A stretch of DNA of 64,000 nucleotides from an uncultured delta proteobacterium (GCA_963737265.1 CAVTRY010000007.1:416001-480000); one strand, 5' to 3'; positions 1 through 12,167 are shown, numbered from the stretch's first letter. Notes: generated by a model not told the origin, from the letters alone. Made by a program: numbers and translations.

Positions 1-761
1 GTGACGCTGGTGATGCCGAAGCTGTTCAGGTGATGGGAAGCATCGCGCAGCAACGCGAGCTTCTGATCTTGCGAGAATTCGTTGGTGAGGGCGCGCTCCA
101 TGATCGCCATGGCGGCTTCCAGCAGCACGCCGCTGGGATGCCCGCTGGCGTCGCGGATAATATATTTCTCTTCCGCCGGATCGGCGACGGGGTCATCGGT
201 AATGCCCGCCAGAGCGAGTGCTTTCGCGTTCACCCAGAGGGCGTGCTCCGCCGTGTAGTGCACGACCACAGGCCGGTCTGGAACCGCGCGGTCCAACAAT
301 TCATGCGTCGGCGTCGAAGGGGGAGTGGTGCTGAAGTCAGCCCGGACAATCAGAATCTTGTCGTTGGGATGGGTCGCGGCGAATGCCTTGATGCGGGCGA
401 CCGCGGCTTCGGGATCATCTTCAGGAGTGATGCTCCCCTCTGGAGTCGAGAGGTTGAGGCCATGCAGTTCGAGCGCCCCGAACCACATATGAGTATGCGA
501 ATCGGAGATGCCGGGAATGACGGTGTGCCCGTGCAGATCGATAACCTGCGTCTGCGGCTGCTTCAGCTTCAGAATTTCGACGTCGGTTCCGACCGCTTCG
601 ATCCGCGTACCGGTAATGGCCAGCGCCTGCGCCCACGGAGCTTTCGCATTGCCGGTATAGATGTGGCCGTGAATCAGGACAGTGTCGCTGGCGAGAACTG
701 CGGGTGGAAAGAAAAGAACGATAGCTGCAACGCAGAAGCGGACGATATAACGTAGAGCCAT
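1..761 (-). CDS. Secreted metal-dependent amidohydrolase (YtcJ/Amidohydro_3-like), 3' end beyond window edge
   Basis: Manual translation from ATG at 761 (GGAGGGAG RBS): MALRYIVRFCVAAIVLFFPPAVLASDTVLIHGHIYTGNAKAPWAQALAI...VIDLHGHTVIPGISDSHTH. Signal peptide plus the PGxxDxHxH metal motif. Not in the ORF track because it runs off the window. Confidence 0.85.
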   Translation of the reverse strand, partial: MALRYIVRFCVAAIVLFFPPAVLASDTVLIHGHIYTGNAKAPWAQALAITGTRIEAVGTDVEILKLKQPQTQVIDLHGHTVIPGISDSHTHMWFGALELHGLNLSTPEGSITPEDDPEAAVARIKAFAATHPNDKILIVRADFSTTPPSTPTHELLDRAVPDRPVVVHYTAEHALWVNAKALALAGITDDPVADPAEEKYIIRDASGHPSGVLLEAAMAIMERALTNEFSQDQKLALLRDASHHLNSFGITSV

Positions 762-807
762 ACTCCCTCCACACTTGAGCGCTCATCGTGAGACCAATGC
801 GGGGTCG

Positions 808-2279
808 TCACGAGCACACAAAGGTCTTAACTTTCCTCACCACCGATTCCGGGGCATCGACTTCCAACTCCACGGCGCCGTCTTTGTACTTTCGCGAATA
901 GATTCGGGCGTGGGCCTCGAGCAGAGATAACAGCTTGCCTTCGCCTTGCGGGATGCGAAGATGAACGAGGCTTACGGGATCTTCCTCGATCAGGGTATCG
1001 ATGCGGGCGAGCAAGTTATCTAGGCCCGTCCCTTCGACTGCGGAAACGTACACCGTGTTTCCTGCGTGAGCAGAGTCGGCGATCAGGCTCTGCGCGACTT
1101 CCACGTCGAGCAGATCGACTTTATTCATCACGCGCAGGCGAGGCTTCTTCTCGGCTTCCAATTCTTTCAAGACGATCTCGACCTGGGCGTCTTGCTCGGC
1201 AGAGAGTCGGCTGCTGGCGTCGGACACGTGCAGAATCAGCGAAGCGCGCTGCACTTCTTCGAGCGTGGCGCGAAAGGCAGAGACCAGCGTGTGCGGCAGG
1301 CTGCGAATAAATCCCACGGTATCGGAGAGAAGCACTTTGCGCTTCGAGGGCAGATCGACGCCGCGGATGGTGGGATCGAGCGTGGCAAACATTTTCGGAG
1401 AAGAAAGAACTCCGGCTTGTGTCAGAGCGTTGAACAGAGTTGATTTGCCCGCGTTTGTATAGCCGACGAGCGCGACGGTTGCGACCGGGGCGGACTCGCG
1501 GCGCTGGCGTTGCTGGGCGCGAATGCGGCGCACATTTTCCAGTTGCTGCTCGACATGGCGGACGCGACGGGCAATCTTGCGGCGGTCCGTTTCGAGCTGG
1601 GTTTCGCCGGGACCTCGGGTGCCGATGCCGCCGCCGAGTTGTGACATCTCGACGCCACGTCCGGCAAGACGCGGCAGCATGTAGTGCAACTGCGCCAGTT
1701 CGACTTGCAGCTGGCCTTCACGAGTGCGGGCATGCCGTGCAAAAATGTCGAGAATGAGCTGGGTGCGATCGATCACGCGGCGGTGAACAATTCGCTCAAT
1801 GTTGCGCTGCTGCGAGGGGCTGAGGTCGTGATCGAAGAGAAGAACATCGGCGTTCACCGACGCGGCCGCTCCGGCAATTTCTTCGAGCTTGCCTGCGCCG
1901 ATCAGCGTTGCGGGATCAGGCCGATCGCGGCGTTGCAAGAATTTGTCCAGCGACTGGAAGCTCCGGCGCTCTCGGCGAGCGTCCGCAACTCGGCCAGCGA
2001 TTCTTCGGCATCGAACTCGGGAATGCTGGGCTTGCCGTTGGATTTCGGAGCACCACCGGCTAGCCCGACGGCATCGCGCGCAGCCGCGGCTTGCGCCGTA
2101 ACAGCGCTCTTGGCCGAGCGGCCACGGGTGCGCACATCGATGCCTACCAGGAAGGCCTTCTCGCGCTGTGGCGGATTATTTGCGTTTTTCGCTTGGGCGA
2201 GTGCAGCTTCCGTGGCGAGAGGCACACGTCCGCCGGCGCGTGAAGGTACGCGGGATTTCTTGGTATGAGGACTTCCCAA
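808..2279 (-). CDS. hflX: Ribosome-splitting GTPase HflX (one frameshift near 1940-1960)
   Basis: ORF 1902-2279 (EKAFLVG...[15 protein letters not shown]) joins ORF 808-1938 ([34 protein letters not shown]). Directly downstream of hfq. Confidence 0.95.
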
Positions 2280-2291
2280 GCCGAAAAGGCC

Positions 2292-2609
2292 CTAACCTTC
2301 GGTGCCCGACGCGCTCACCGCTGCGCCCGACGAAGCCGCGGCAGCACCCACCGCCGCCTTGTCGGTATGCGCCACGTGCGGTGCATGCGACATTGCCACC
2401 CGGCCCATGACCACGGTCGAAATGGCGTGCTTGAAGATGAGTTGCTCTTGACCGTTCGCCTCCAGCACGACGGAGTACTTGTCAAAAGAACGGATGCGGC
2501 CCGTTAGCTTCACCCCGCTGAGCAGGTAGATCGTGATGCTCGCTCTCTCCTTGCGGGCCGTGTTGAGGAAGGAATCCTGAATGTTCTGCGCCGGCTTATT
2601 GCTGTCCAT
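2292..2609 (-). CDS. hfq: RNA chaperone Hfq
   Basis: NIQDSFLN...[21 protein letters not shown]...[11 protein letters not shown]; canonical hfq-hflX order. Confidence 0.97.
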   Translation of the reverse strand: MDSNKPAQNIQDSFLNTARKERASITIYLLSGVKLTGRIRSFDKYSVVLEANGQEQLIFKHAISTVVMGRVAMSHAPHVAHTDKAAVGAAAASSGAAVSASGTEG

Positions 2610-2964
2610 AGCCGATCTCCTTATGTGTCAACAACAGATGTGCCCAACAACGTTTCCCGGATAACATGTTCGGAAACTGCACCGTCTTACACCACACTTG
2701 CGTGGGTCTGCGGAACTGACTCGCAGGCCAATGCAAAAACTACAACAGGTTCCCGTAACCTCCCCGCGGCCCAGGAACTTGGGGGACAAAATGGGCCAGG
2801 CAGAGCCTGGCAGCCAGACATAGGTTAACGATACTCGCGAACTCTGCTGCTTTTCAACTCGGAACGTATGCCAACTGCGCCCAGCCGACAATAGGGCGAC
2901 GTTGTATGGCAATCGCTTACAGGTTGACAGGGGCCGCGGCGAACGTGCAGACTTCCCTCGACCT

Positions 2965-3690
2965 ATGAACCACTTAGCTGCCGTCGCGTTCGTCATGCCC
3001 TCCCACACGGGAGCAGAAGCCACTCAGCTGATCCTGCGCTGGTTCCATTTTCTAGCCGGAATCACCTGGGTTGGATTGCTCTACTTCTTTAACCTGGTCA
3101 ACGTGAACTTCATGAAGCAGGTGGACGCGCCCATGAAGCCGAAGATCCTGCAGTACATGACCTTGCCGGCGCTCAACTGGTTTCGCTGGAGCGCGCTGGC
3201 CACGGTCTTTATCGGATTCTGGTACTGGGGCCAGTTTCTGGTCGCGCCCGACGCCCAGCGGGACGGCGGCAGCGCGGGCGCAACCATCGGATTCTTCCTG
3301 CTGCTGTGGATTGCGGTGTGGTTCGTTCTTTTCATGGTGATCAAGAAAATGGCGCCCAGCGGATTCGTCCTGGGCACGGTCACGACGATTCTCTGCGTCG
3401 CTGCGGGCTGGCTGTTCGTGAACTACACGCCGGTGGGCCAGAGCGATAATCACGTGCTCTCGATCGGCGTAGGCGGCGGCTTTGGCATTGTGATGCTGTT
3501 CAATGTGTGGGGCATTATCTGGCCGAATAACAAGAAAATTATTCGGGGGACGCTGGCTGGAACGCCTCCGGCGAACGCGGCCGCGATGGCGCGTCAGGCA
3601 TTCCTGGCGTCACGGACGAATTTCTTTCTGTCGGTGCCATTGCTGTTTTTCATGGCCACCAGCGCGCACTACGGAATTCTGGGAAAATAG
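2965..3690 (+). CDS. Urate_ox_N (PuuD/DUF989-like) multi-pass membrane protein, no cytochrome c domain
   Basis: LRWFHFLAGITWVGLLYFFN, WFRWSAL, MLFNVWGIIWPNNKK and SRTN motifs; several TM helices; no CxxCH. Confidence 0.75.
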   Translation: MNHLAAVAFVMPSHTGAEATQLILRWFHFLAGITWVGLLYFFNLVNVNFMKQVDAPMKPKILQYMTLPALNWFRWSALATVFIGFWYWGQFLVAPDAQRDGGSAGATIGFFLLLWIAVWFVLFMVIKKMAPSGFVLGTVTTILCVAAGWLFVNYTPVGQSDNHVLSIGVGGGFGIVMLFNVWGIIWPNNKKIIRGTLAGTPPANAAAMARQAFLASRTNFFLSVPLLFFMATSAHYGILGK

Positions 3691-3885
3691 CGACGGGAAG
3701 CGCAAGTTGGAAAGCTGGACTCGTTCCCTCGCCCGAGGGGCTTGTGAAATGTATGTAAAATTCTATAGACCGTGCCGGAACTATCACTTCGGTCCCGGGT
3801 TGGATGGGTGTAGAATTTTGTTTTTCCTCAACGCTCAGGGTTCATCGGCCCCGGAAGGTAGAACTAGGAGTCTAAGGGGTGCAGG

Positions 3886-4533
3886 ATGAGAATCTTCTCT
3901 GCCTTAGCTGCCGCTTTGCTGTTTGGAACGGTTGCTGTCGTGGGTCAAACCGCCGCGCCTCTGCGGTGGGCGGAAGGCGCTCCCAATGCCACATCTGAGG
4001 TGAAAGACAACAACAAGGTTGAGGGCCTCAAGACCGATGACGCTCATGTCTTTGTCAGTCTGGCCGACCTCAAAGATACCGAATTCAACCGTGTCTGGTT
4101 GCAAGTGGCCAATCACAGCAAGGCACCGATCGATTTTGATCCGCAGTCGGCGATGCTGGTGAACGAGAAAGACAAGGTGGTGCGCTCCGAAGTGGCTGAG
4201 AAGGCAGCCAACTCCATTCAGAAGTACGGTGAAGCCAAGTCTCAAGAACTCTCGGGCGCACACTGCAACTACCTGGGCGCGGTTCAATGTGAACCAACAG
4301 ATACGCAATTTCGAATGTCAAAACAAATCCTCGTTGACACTGCGTCTCGAGCAGAGTGGGTTCGAGCTAATGCGGCGAGACGAAGAACGCTGGCTCCCGG
4401 CGAGGAAACTCAGGGCGCAATTGTTTTCCGTAAGGACAAGAAACCGGCTAAGTACTTGCTACGCATCTCGGTGGGCAGCGAGACTTTCGAGTTCCCGCTG
4501 AGTGCGCAGAACAAGCATCCTTCGTATGATTAG
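3886..4533 (+). CDS. Secreted hypothetical protein, tandem paralog A
   Basis: Signal peptide MRIFSALAAALLFGTVAVVG; strong similarity to the next ORF. Confidence 0.8.
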   Translation: MRIFSALAAALLFGTVAVVGQTAAPLRWAEGAPNATSEVKDNNKVEGLKTDDAHVFVSLADLKDTEFNRVWLQVANHSKAPIDFDPQSAMLVNEKDKVVRSEVAEKAANSIQKYGEAKSQELSGAHCNYLGAVQCEPTDTQFRMSKQILVDTASRAEWVRANAARRRTLAPGEETQGAIVFRKDKKPAKYLLRISVGSETFEFPLSAQNKHPSYD

Positions 4534-4663
4534 CAGGTAGTGCGTTGCGGACGAAAGGGCGGAAACGTGTGGCAACTTTTCGATACTAATGGGGCAGCAC
4601 GGCGAAATGAAGATTCGCCGGCCCCCTGCGAGAACTAGCAACCAATATTTAAGGAGACTTGAA

Positions 4664-5323
4664 ATGAAGGGTGGATTTCTCTGTACGGTACTGGCGTTTG
4701 CGCTGTTCGTTCCGAGTGGTGCTTTTTCTCAGGCCCCTCCGTCCGGTGCGCTGCGTTGGGCGGAAGGCGCGCCCAATGCCACGTCTGAGGTGAAAGACAA
4801 CAACAAGATTGAAGGCCTCAAGACCGATGACGTTCACGTCTTTGTAAGTCTGGCCGACCTCAAAGATACCGAATATAACCGCGTCTGGGTGCAGATCGCC
4901 AATCACAGTAAGGCACCGTTGAATTTTGATCCGCAGTCGGCGGTTCTGATAAACCAGAAGGACAAGGTTGTACGAGCCGAAGATCCTGAGAAAGCGGCGA
5001 AGTCTGTACAGAAATTTGGCGAAGCCAAATCTCAGGAACTCTCGTCGGCTCACTGCAACAACATTGGAGCGGTGCAATGCCAGCCCACGAACACGCAGAT
5101 GCAGATGTCGAAGCAGGTGGCGGCATTCACGTCCCAGCAGGCGCAGTGGATTAAGGACAATGCGCTGACCCAAAAAACGCTGGCACCGGGCGAAGACGTT
5201 CAAGGCATCATTATGTTCAAGAAGGAAAAGAAAGCGGCGAACTACATCTTGCGCGTTCCAGTGGCGGGGCAGACGTTTGAGTTTCCGCTGAGCGCGCAGA
5301 ACAAGATACCGTCGTACGACTAA
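4664..5323 (+). CDS. Secreted hypothetical protein, tandem paralog B
   Basis: AAGGAG RBS before ATG 4664; signal peptide; shares LRWAEGAPNATSEVKDNNK and TFEFPLSAQNK with paralog A. Confidence 0.8.
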   Translation: MKGGFLCTVLAFALFVPSGAFSQAPPSGALRWAEGAPNATSEVKDNNKIEGLKTDDVHVFVSLADLKDTEYNRVWVQIANHSKAPLNFDPQSAVLINQKDKVVRAEDPEKAAKSVQKFGEAKSQELSSAHCNNIGAVQCQPTNTQMQMSKQVAAFTSQQAQWIKDNALTQKTLAPGEDVQGIIMFKKEKKAANYILRVPVAGQTFEFPLSAQNKIPSYD

Positions 5324-5347
5324 GCGCAGTTTCACTTCAAGCAGGGC

Positions 5348-5383
5348 GGCGCGGAATATTCTTCCGCGCCCCTAATATTTTTT
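5348..5383 (+). terminator. Probable intrinsic terminator after the paralog pair
   Basis: Perfect 9-bp stem GGCGCGGAA-tattc-TTCCGCGCC, with a T run a few nt downstream. Confidence 0.5.
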
Positions 5384-5450
5384 CCTCGAACTTCCTGGCA
5401 AACGGGTGTATCCTCCCGCCTACTTCGCCGTCGGCGAGAAGGAGGTTCTT

Positions 5451-5780
5451 ATGAACGCCCGTCTCGTGCTCTCTCTGCTCGTTATCACTATCGTCCCCGG
5501 CCCCACCTTCAGCCAGCAGTCTCCCATGCAACAGAAAATTCAGCAGAGGTACTCGGCGCACGACAATACCCTCAGACCGGAACCGCTGCCGGAGGCGGAC
5601 CAGCGCGCGATGCGGCAGAAGGCCATTTTCCAGGATGTCGCGGAGCTTTCGGATTTGAGTGCGTCGCTGCAGTCGGATTTGCAACAACTGCAAAAAGGCA
5701 TGCTGGCGAAAGATCTCAATCAAAAGCTGAAGAAAGTAGAGAAGCTTTCAAAGCGGCTGCGGCAGGAGATGTCGCAGTAG
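5451..5780 (+). CDS. Small secreted helical hypothetical protein
   Basis: AAGGAGG RBS; signal peptide; coiled-coil-like C-terminus (KDLNQKLKKVEKLSKRLR). Confidence 0.7.
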   Translation: MNARLVLSLLVITIVPGPTFSQQSPMQQKIQQRYSAHDNTLRPEPLPEADQRAMRQKAIFQDVAELSDLSASLQSDLQQLQKGMLAKDLNQKLKKVEKLSKRLRQEMSQ

Positions 5781-5810
5781 GTTCTGCGCGCTGGACGCAC
5801 CGCCCCCACT

Positions 5811-5843
5811 TCTCGCGCGGCTTCGACCCAGATCCGCGCGAGA
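5811..5843. terminator. Hairpin between convergent genes
   Basis: 10-bp inverted repeat TCTCGCGCGG / CCGCGCGAGA. Confidence 0.45.
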
Positions 5844-5864
5844 GAGATGGGGCCGCAGACTGTT

Positions 5865-6206
5865 TTAGTGATCGTGATCGCGGTCATGGTCGTGATCGTC
5901 CCAGTCCTGCTGGTCGTGCCAGCGATGCTGGTCCTCATCCCACCACTTGTGAAATTCGTTCCAGCAACGCTCCCGGGCTTCGTGCAACTGCTGCCGGCGG
6001 CGTTGTGCGTCCTCACTCTGCGGTCCGTTCTTCTGAACCGCGATGTGTAACAGCTGATCGGCGCGGGCCACGCGCCTTTGGCAATCCGCTTCACTCTCGG
6101 CATGCGCCCGCGGTACCGCCGTGAAAAACAACATTCCCGCCAAGAAGGCGATCGCGATGCCCAGCTTCACAAACGACCGCCGCCCACGTTCCCTCTCAAA
6201 GTTCAT
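5865..6206 (-). CDS. Small secreted protein with His/Asp-rich tail
   Basis: Signal peptide ending AHA; two Cys; tail WDDHDHDRDHDH; AGGAG RBS. Confidence 0.7.
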   Translation of the reverse strand: MNFERERGRRSFVKLGIAIAFLAGMLFFTAVPRAHAESEADCQRRVARADQLLHIAVQKNGPQSEDAQRRRQQLHEARERCWNEFHKWWDEDQHRWHDQQDWDDHDHDRDHDH

Positions 6207-6385
6207 ATGCCAATCTCCTATTCAACTCCGACCTGAACCTCTGTCCGACAAATCACGCTATCGAATCCCGCGGCAAGGGAGCGATACTGTGGATTCTGTA
6301 TGAGGGGAAGAAAACAGTTTCAGAGCAGCGAGGAATCGCCGCAGGGGATCGGCATCATCTAAGATGAGAAGAACGGAGTTCCGCT

Positions 6386-6715
6386 ATGCCAGGCGACGAG
6401 ATCACGATTTCTCCGGGCCCCAGCTTTCGCACTGCGATGATGGTGGCCGTTCTTGCGGATGCGCTGCAACTTGTCGTCTTTCCTATGTTCGCTGCAGGCG
6501 CTTTTTCTCCTGCCGATGACCTGCTCGATCTCGGCGTGGCCGGGCTGATGGTGCATCTGCTGGGCTGGCACTGGGAATTTCTGCCGTCGTTCCTGGTCAA
6601 ACTCGTGCCCGGAGTCGATCTAGTCCCCTTCTGGTCGCTCGCGGTGGCGAGCGTGTGGCGGAAAGCGAAGAAGGCGGCGCAGGTGCCGGGAGAGAAACAG
6701 CCGCTGCTGCGGTAG
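6386..6715 (+). CDS. Small membrane hypothetical protein
   Basis: Hydrophobic 109-aa ORF (LGWHWEFLPSFLVKLVPGVDLVPFWSLAV) with GGAG RBS. Confidence 0.65.
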   Translation: MPGDEITISPGPSFRTAMMVAVLADALQLVVFPMFAAGAFSPADDLLDLGVAGLMVHLLGWHWEFLPSFLVKLVPGVDLVPFWSLAVASVWRKAKKAAQVPGEKQPLLR

Positions 6716-6751
6716 TGCCGAGGGCCACTGGTTCCTTCGGGATGGCCTGGC

Positions 6752-6787
6752 AAAAAAGCCAGCGGCCCGAAACTTCCGGGCCACTGG
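6752..6787 (-). terminator. Rho-independent terminator downstream of ahcY
   Basis: Minus strand CCAGTGGCCCG-gaagttt-CGGGCCGCTGG-c-TTTTTT. Confidence 0.7.
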
Positions 6788-6862
6788 ACAGCCGAAGGCG
6801 GCTGTCCCTACATGTTCCATCGTATCGGCGCTTTACGCGGCGCTAAAGCGCCGCTCTTCCAC
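6786..6862. repeat. Two REP-like palindromes
   Basis: GGACAGCCG-aagg-CGGCTGTCC (6786-6807) and CGGCGCTTTA-cgcggcgc-TAAAGCGCCG-ctcttccac (6826-6862). Confidence 0.55.
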
Positions 6863-6881
6863 CTGCCCTACGTTCCATCGC

Positions 6882-8177
<1,296 letters not shown>

Positions 8178-8338
8178 TCAGCGGCAGAAAATTTTTTGAT
8201 TACCGGTGGATGATGATTGCTCAATGACTATTTTCGCAGAATACATGAGCTTCGGGATCAGGTCAGGTGCCGAATGCCGCTTTCGGAGTACGGCTTTGAA
8301 CTACGACGGATGCCCTTTGATTCCGCGCTAAATTCTCG

Positions 8339-8394
8339 ACCACGGAGGTCACCGAGGTCGCGCGAACTTCTCGGCGACCTCTGTGTCCCTGTGG
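8339..8394. repeat. Palindromic element/hairpin just after the metK stop
   Basis: GGAGGTCACCGAG...CTCGGCGACCTCT, with a nested perfect GAGGTCGC/GCGACCTC. Confidence 0.5.
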
Positions 8395-8398
8395 CGAA

Positions 8399-9584
<1,186 letters not shown>

Positions 9585-9958
9585 GTTGTGTTTCTCCTTA
9601 TGAGAGGGCGCAGCGATTTGAAATAGCGTGCGCCGCTCGAAACGCTCAGGACTTTAATAGGGCGGGACTACGGATTTTCCTGCGACTGCGCTGAAGCCAT
9701 ACAACCGGTGAAAGTCCTTCAAAAAAGGCTAACAGACCGCATAGGGGCGCGCAATGGGTTTGGGGCCAAGGGGCGGAGGATGAATTCAATTGCGGAAATA
9801 GGGCTGTGGACGGGAGCGATTGAAGTTTAAGTGGCGCTGACCGCTGAATCGGCCAGAGCTTTTGCTTCGTAAGCTCGGACGAACGGGAAAAAGAAACGTT
9901 GCCGCGGAAGGCCAGGCATCGAGGGTTCGCTCGAAGCTTTTTAGCTTTCTAGCTTTCT

Positions 9959-10577
9959 TCAGTGGGCCTGGGCCGGCTCCGGGGTTGCGGCCTGGTGCAT
10001 GCCGCTGGAGTCGAAGACGTAAGTTTTGACTTCGGATTCGCCGCCCGAGGCGGGAATGTCCTGATCATTGAAGAGGAAACTGACCCCGGCGGCGTTGCCG
10101 ATGCGGACCACGATCTCGCGGGTTCCGCGCACCGAAAACGCGGCCGGAGCGATCAGGGTCTCATGCGCGACCGGCTGTCCGTCGGCCGCAACGGAGATCC
10201 ATGTGGTCTCCGACGCGCGGATGATGAGCTTCAGATTGGCGATGGTCTTGGCCTGAGCTACAGGTTTAGCGGCAGGAATCACCGGCTTGGCTGCCGGGAA
10301 GGTGCGCACCGTTACGTCGTTCGCGTCGTTGTCAGCGGCTTCCGTCTTGGGCGCGGAGGCCGGTTTTTCCGATGCCGGCCGTGGCCGCGTTGCGCTACGG
10401 CAGGGCTGTTTCCCTGGGGGACATTCGCCGGAGCTGCATTCGGTGCCAGAGAACTGGCGGGGGCAGAGGGCACGGCGCTGGCGGGCTGCGCTGATTTCGC
10501 CAGCGGTGCGGATTCAGCGGTCTTGCCGCGCGAGCGATAGAACCATAATAGGGCCAGCAGAACAATGATCACCGCTA
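9959..10577 (-). CDS. rodZ: RodZ-like cell-shape protein, C-terminal part (TM + DUF4115), 5' end lost at junction, one frameshift
   Basis: TM helix VAVIIVLLALLWFY, Pro/Ala linker, then LIIRASETTWISVAADG...VRIGNAAGVSFLFND. Confidence 0.7.
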
Positions 10578-10901
10578 CATCTTGAGGGCGTTGTCGAGCG
10601 TGACCTCGGTGCCGGGCCTGAAGCCCATCTTCGAGGGCGCCTGGCTCGCCGCGCGCGCCGAGACGACGAGCGGCGTGTCCATGGTCAACCTGCCGGCGCG
10701 CACCGCGTCGAGCGCGACATAGACCGTCATCAGCTTGGTCAGCGACGCGGGATACCAGATCTCGGTCGAGTTCTTCTCGAGCAGCACCTGTCCGCTGTCG
10801 GCGTCGACGACGAGATAGGGCGTCGCGGAGGCCGCGGATGCGGACAACGCCAGCGCCGCGACGGCGCCCAGCCGACCGATCCAAGAAACGCCAAAAGGCA
10901 T
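10578..10901 (-). CDS. D-alanyl-D-alanine carboxypeptidase (peptidase S11), truncated at junction
   Basis: Signal peptide, LVVDADSGQVL, YPASLTKLMT (SxxK), PSKMG; ends at LDNALKM, just before the expected SxN motif. Confidence 0.85.
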
Positions 10902-11165
10902 GCCATCGCGCTCCTTCGACGCCCAAAGCCCCTTGCGGCTCTTAGAGGAGAACGCCGGCAAGCTCAAGTTTCGCCTTGCAGCAGCCCGCGCGCCCAGCTG
11001 CCTGCCGGTTCGAGACGGGCGACCGCTCTCGCGGGCCTGGCCGCGTTGCGGTCCGTTCCGGGAAAGGCCGGCTTTGCGGGCGTGCCGCCTCGCGGGCGCC
11101 GTGCTAAGAACGTCGCCGCCGCGGTTGCGCGCGACGACACTCTCACGGATTTCGTGACCCCGATC

Positions 11166-12167
11166 ATGGGCCCGAACGACAGCGAATTGGACGCAGAGAC
11201 GGCCGCCAGGGCCCTCATGTGGTGGGCGGAGGCCGGAGTTGGCTTCACCGTCGGCGAGCAGCCGAGCGATCAATTTGCGGCGCCGGCTGCGATCCCCGAT
11301 CGGCCCCCGCATCGCGCGGCTGCCGACCGCGCCGCGTCGCCGCCCGCTTCCCTGCGGCCGCCCCCCGATGCGCCTGCGCGCCGTGAGGCGCCCACCCTCT
11401 CGGGCGCGCCGGCCCAGATGGCGGCGAGCGAACTCGCCGCCTCCGCCGAAGACCTGCCGGCGCTCCGCGCCGCGCTCGAGCGCTTCGAAGGCTGCGCGCT
11501 GAAGAAGACCGCGACCCAGCTCGTCTTTTCCGACGGCGTCCCGGGCTCGCGCGTGATGTTCGTCGGCGAGGCGCCGGGCGCCGACGAGGACCGGATCGGA
11601 CGCCCTTTCGTCGGCAAGGCCGGGCAATTGCTCGACCGCATGCTGGCCGCGATCGGACTCGATCGGAGCCAAGTCTATATCGCCAATATCGTGCCGTGGC
11701 GGCCGCCGGGAAACCGGACGCCGACGCCCGAGGAGACGCAGGCCTGCCTGCCGTTCATCCGGCGGCAGATCGAACTCGCCGCCCCCGAGATTCTCGTCTG
11801 TCTCGGCCTCCCGTCCGCCCAGACGCTGCTCGGCATCCGCACCGGCATCACGCGGGCGCGGGGCTCATGGTTTCGCTACCAGCGCGGGGACGGAGGCGCA
11901 ATTCGCGCGATCGCCATGCTTCACCCCGCCTACCTGTTGCGGCAGCCGTCGCAAAAGCGCGCCGCATGGGCCGACATGCGCGCGCTGGCCGCGGCGCTGG
12001 CGGCTCCCGTTCCGGGCGATCGCCGGGATCCCTCTCAGCGGTTCTTGAACGCCGCCGGGCGCTTTTCGACGAAGGCCTTCATGCCTTCCTTCTGGTCCTC
12101 GGTGGCGAAGAGGGAGTGGAAGATGCGGCGCTCGAAGCGGACGCCTTCCGAGAGCGTCGTCTCGTAG
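11166..12167 (+). CDS. Uracil-DNA glycosylase family 4 (true 3' end may be near 12030)
   Basis: [37 protein letters not shown]. The tail overlaps the convergent gene, so it may be extended by an error. Confidence 0.9.
   Translation: MGPNDSELDAETAARALMWWAEAGVGFTVGEQPSDQFAAPAAIPDRPPHRAAADRAASPPASLRPPPDAPARREAPTLSGAPAQMAASELAASAEDLPALRAALERFEGCALKKTATQLVFSDGVPGSRVMFVGEAPGADEDRIGRPFVGKAGQLLDRMLAAIGLDRSQVYIANIVPWRPPGNRTPTPEETQACLPFIRRQIELAAPEILVCLGLPSAQTLLGIRTGITRARGSWFRYQRGDGGAIRAIAMLHPAYLLRQPSQKRAAWADMRALAAALAAPVPGDRRDPSQRFLNAAGRFSTKAFMPSFWSSVAKREWKMRRSKRTPSESVVS

Noticed and set aside
30-755. 241-aa plus-strand ORF
   Set aside because: Antisense shadow of the minus-strand amidohydrolase.
2610-2960. 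Possible sRNA in the hfq upstream region
   Set aside because: Only short hairpins such as CCAGGC/GCCTGG; no recognisable family or terminator.
10312-11672. Long ORFs spanning 10577 as novel fusion proteins
   Set aside because: They are products of the contig junction and of antisense UDG sequence.
11166-12167. Family-4 UDG missing some Fe-S cysteines
   Set aside because: The FEGCALK/VPWRP variant is, to my knowledge, ordinary in Rhizobiales.
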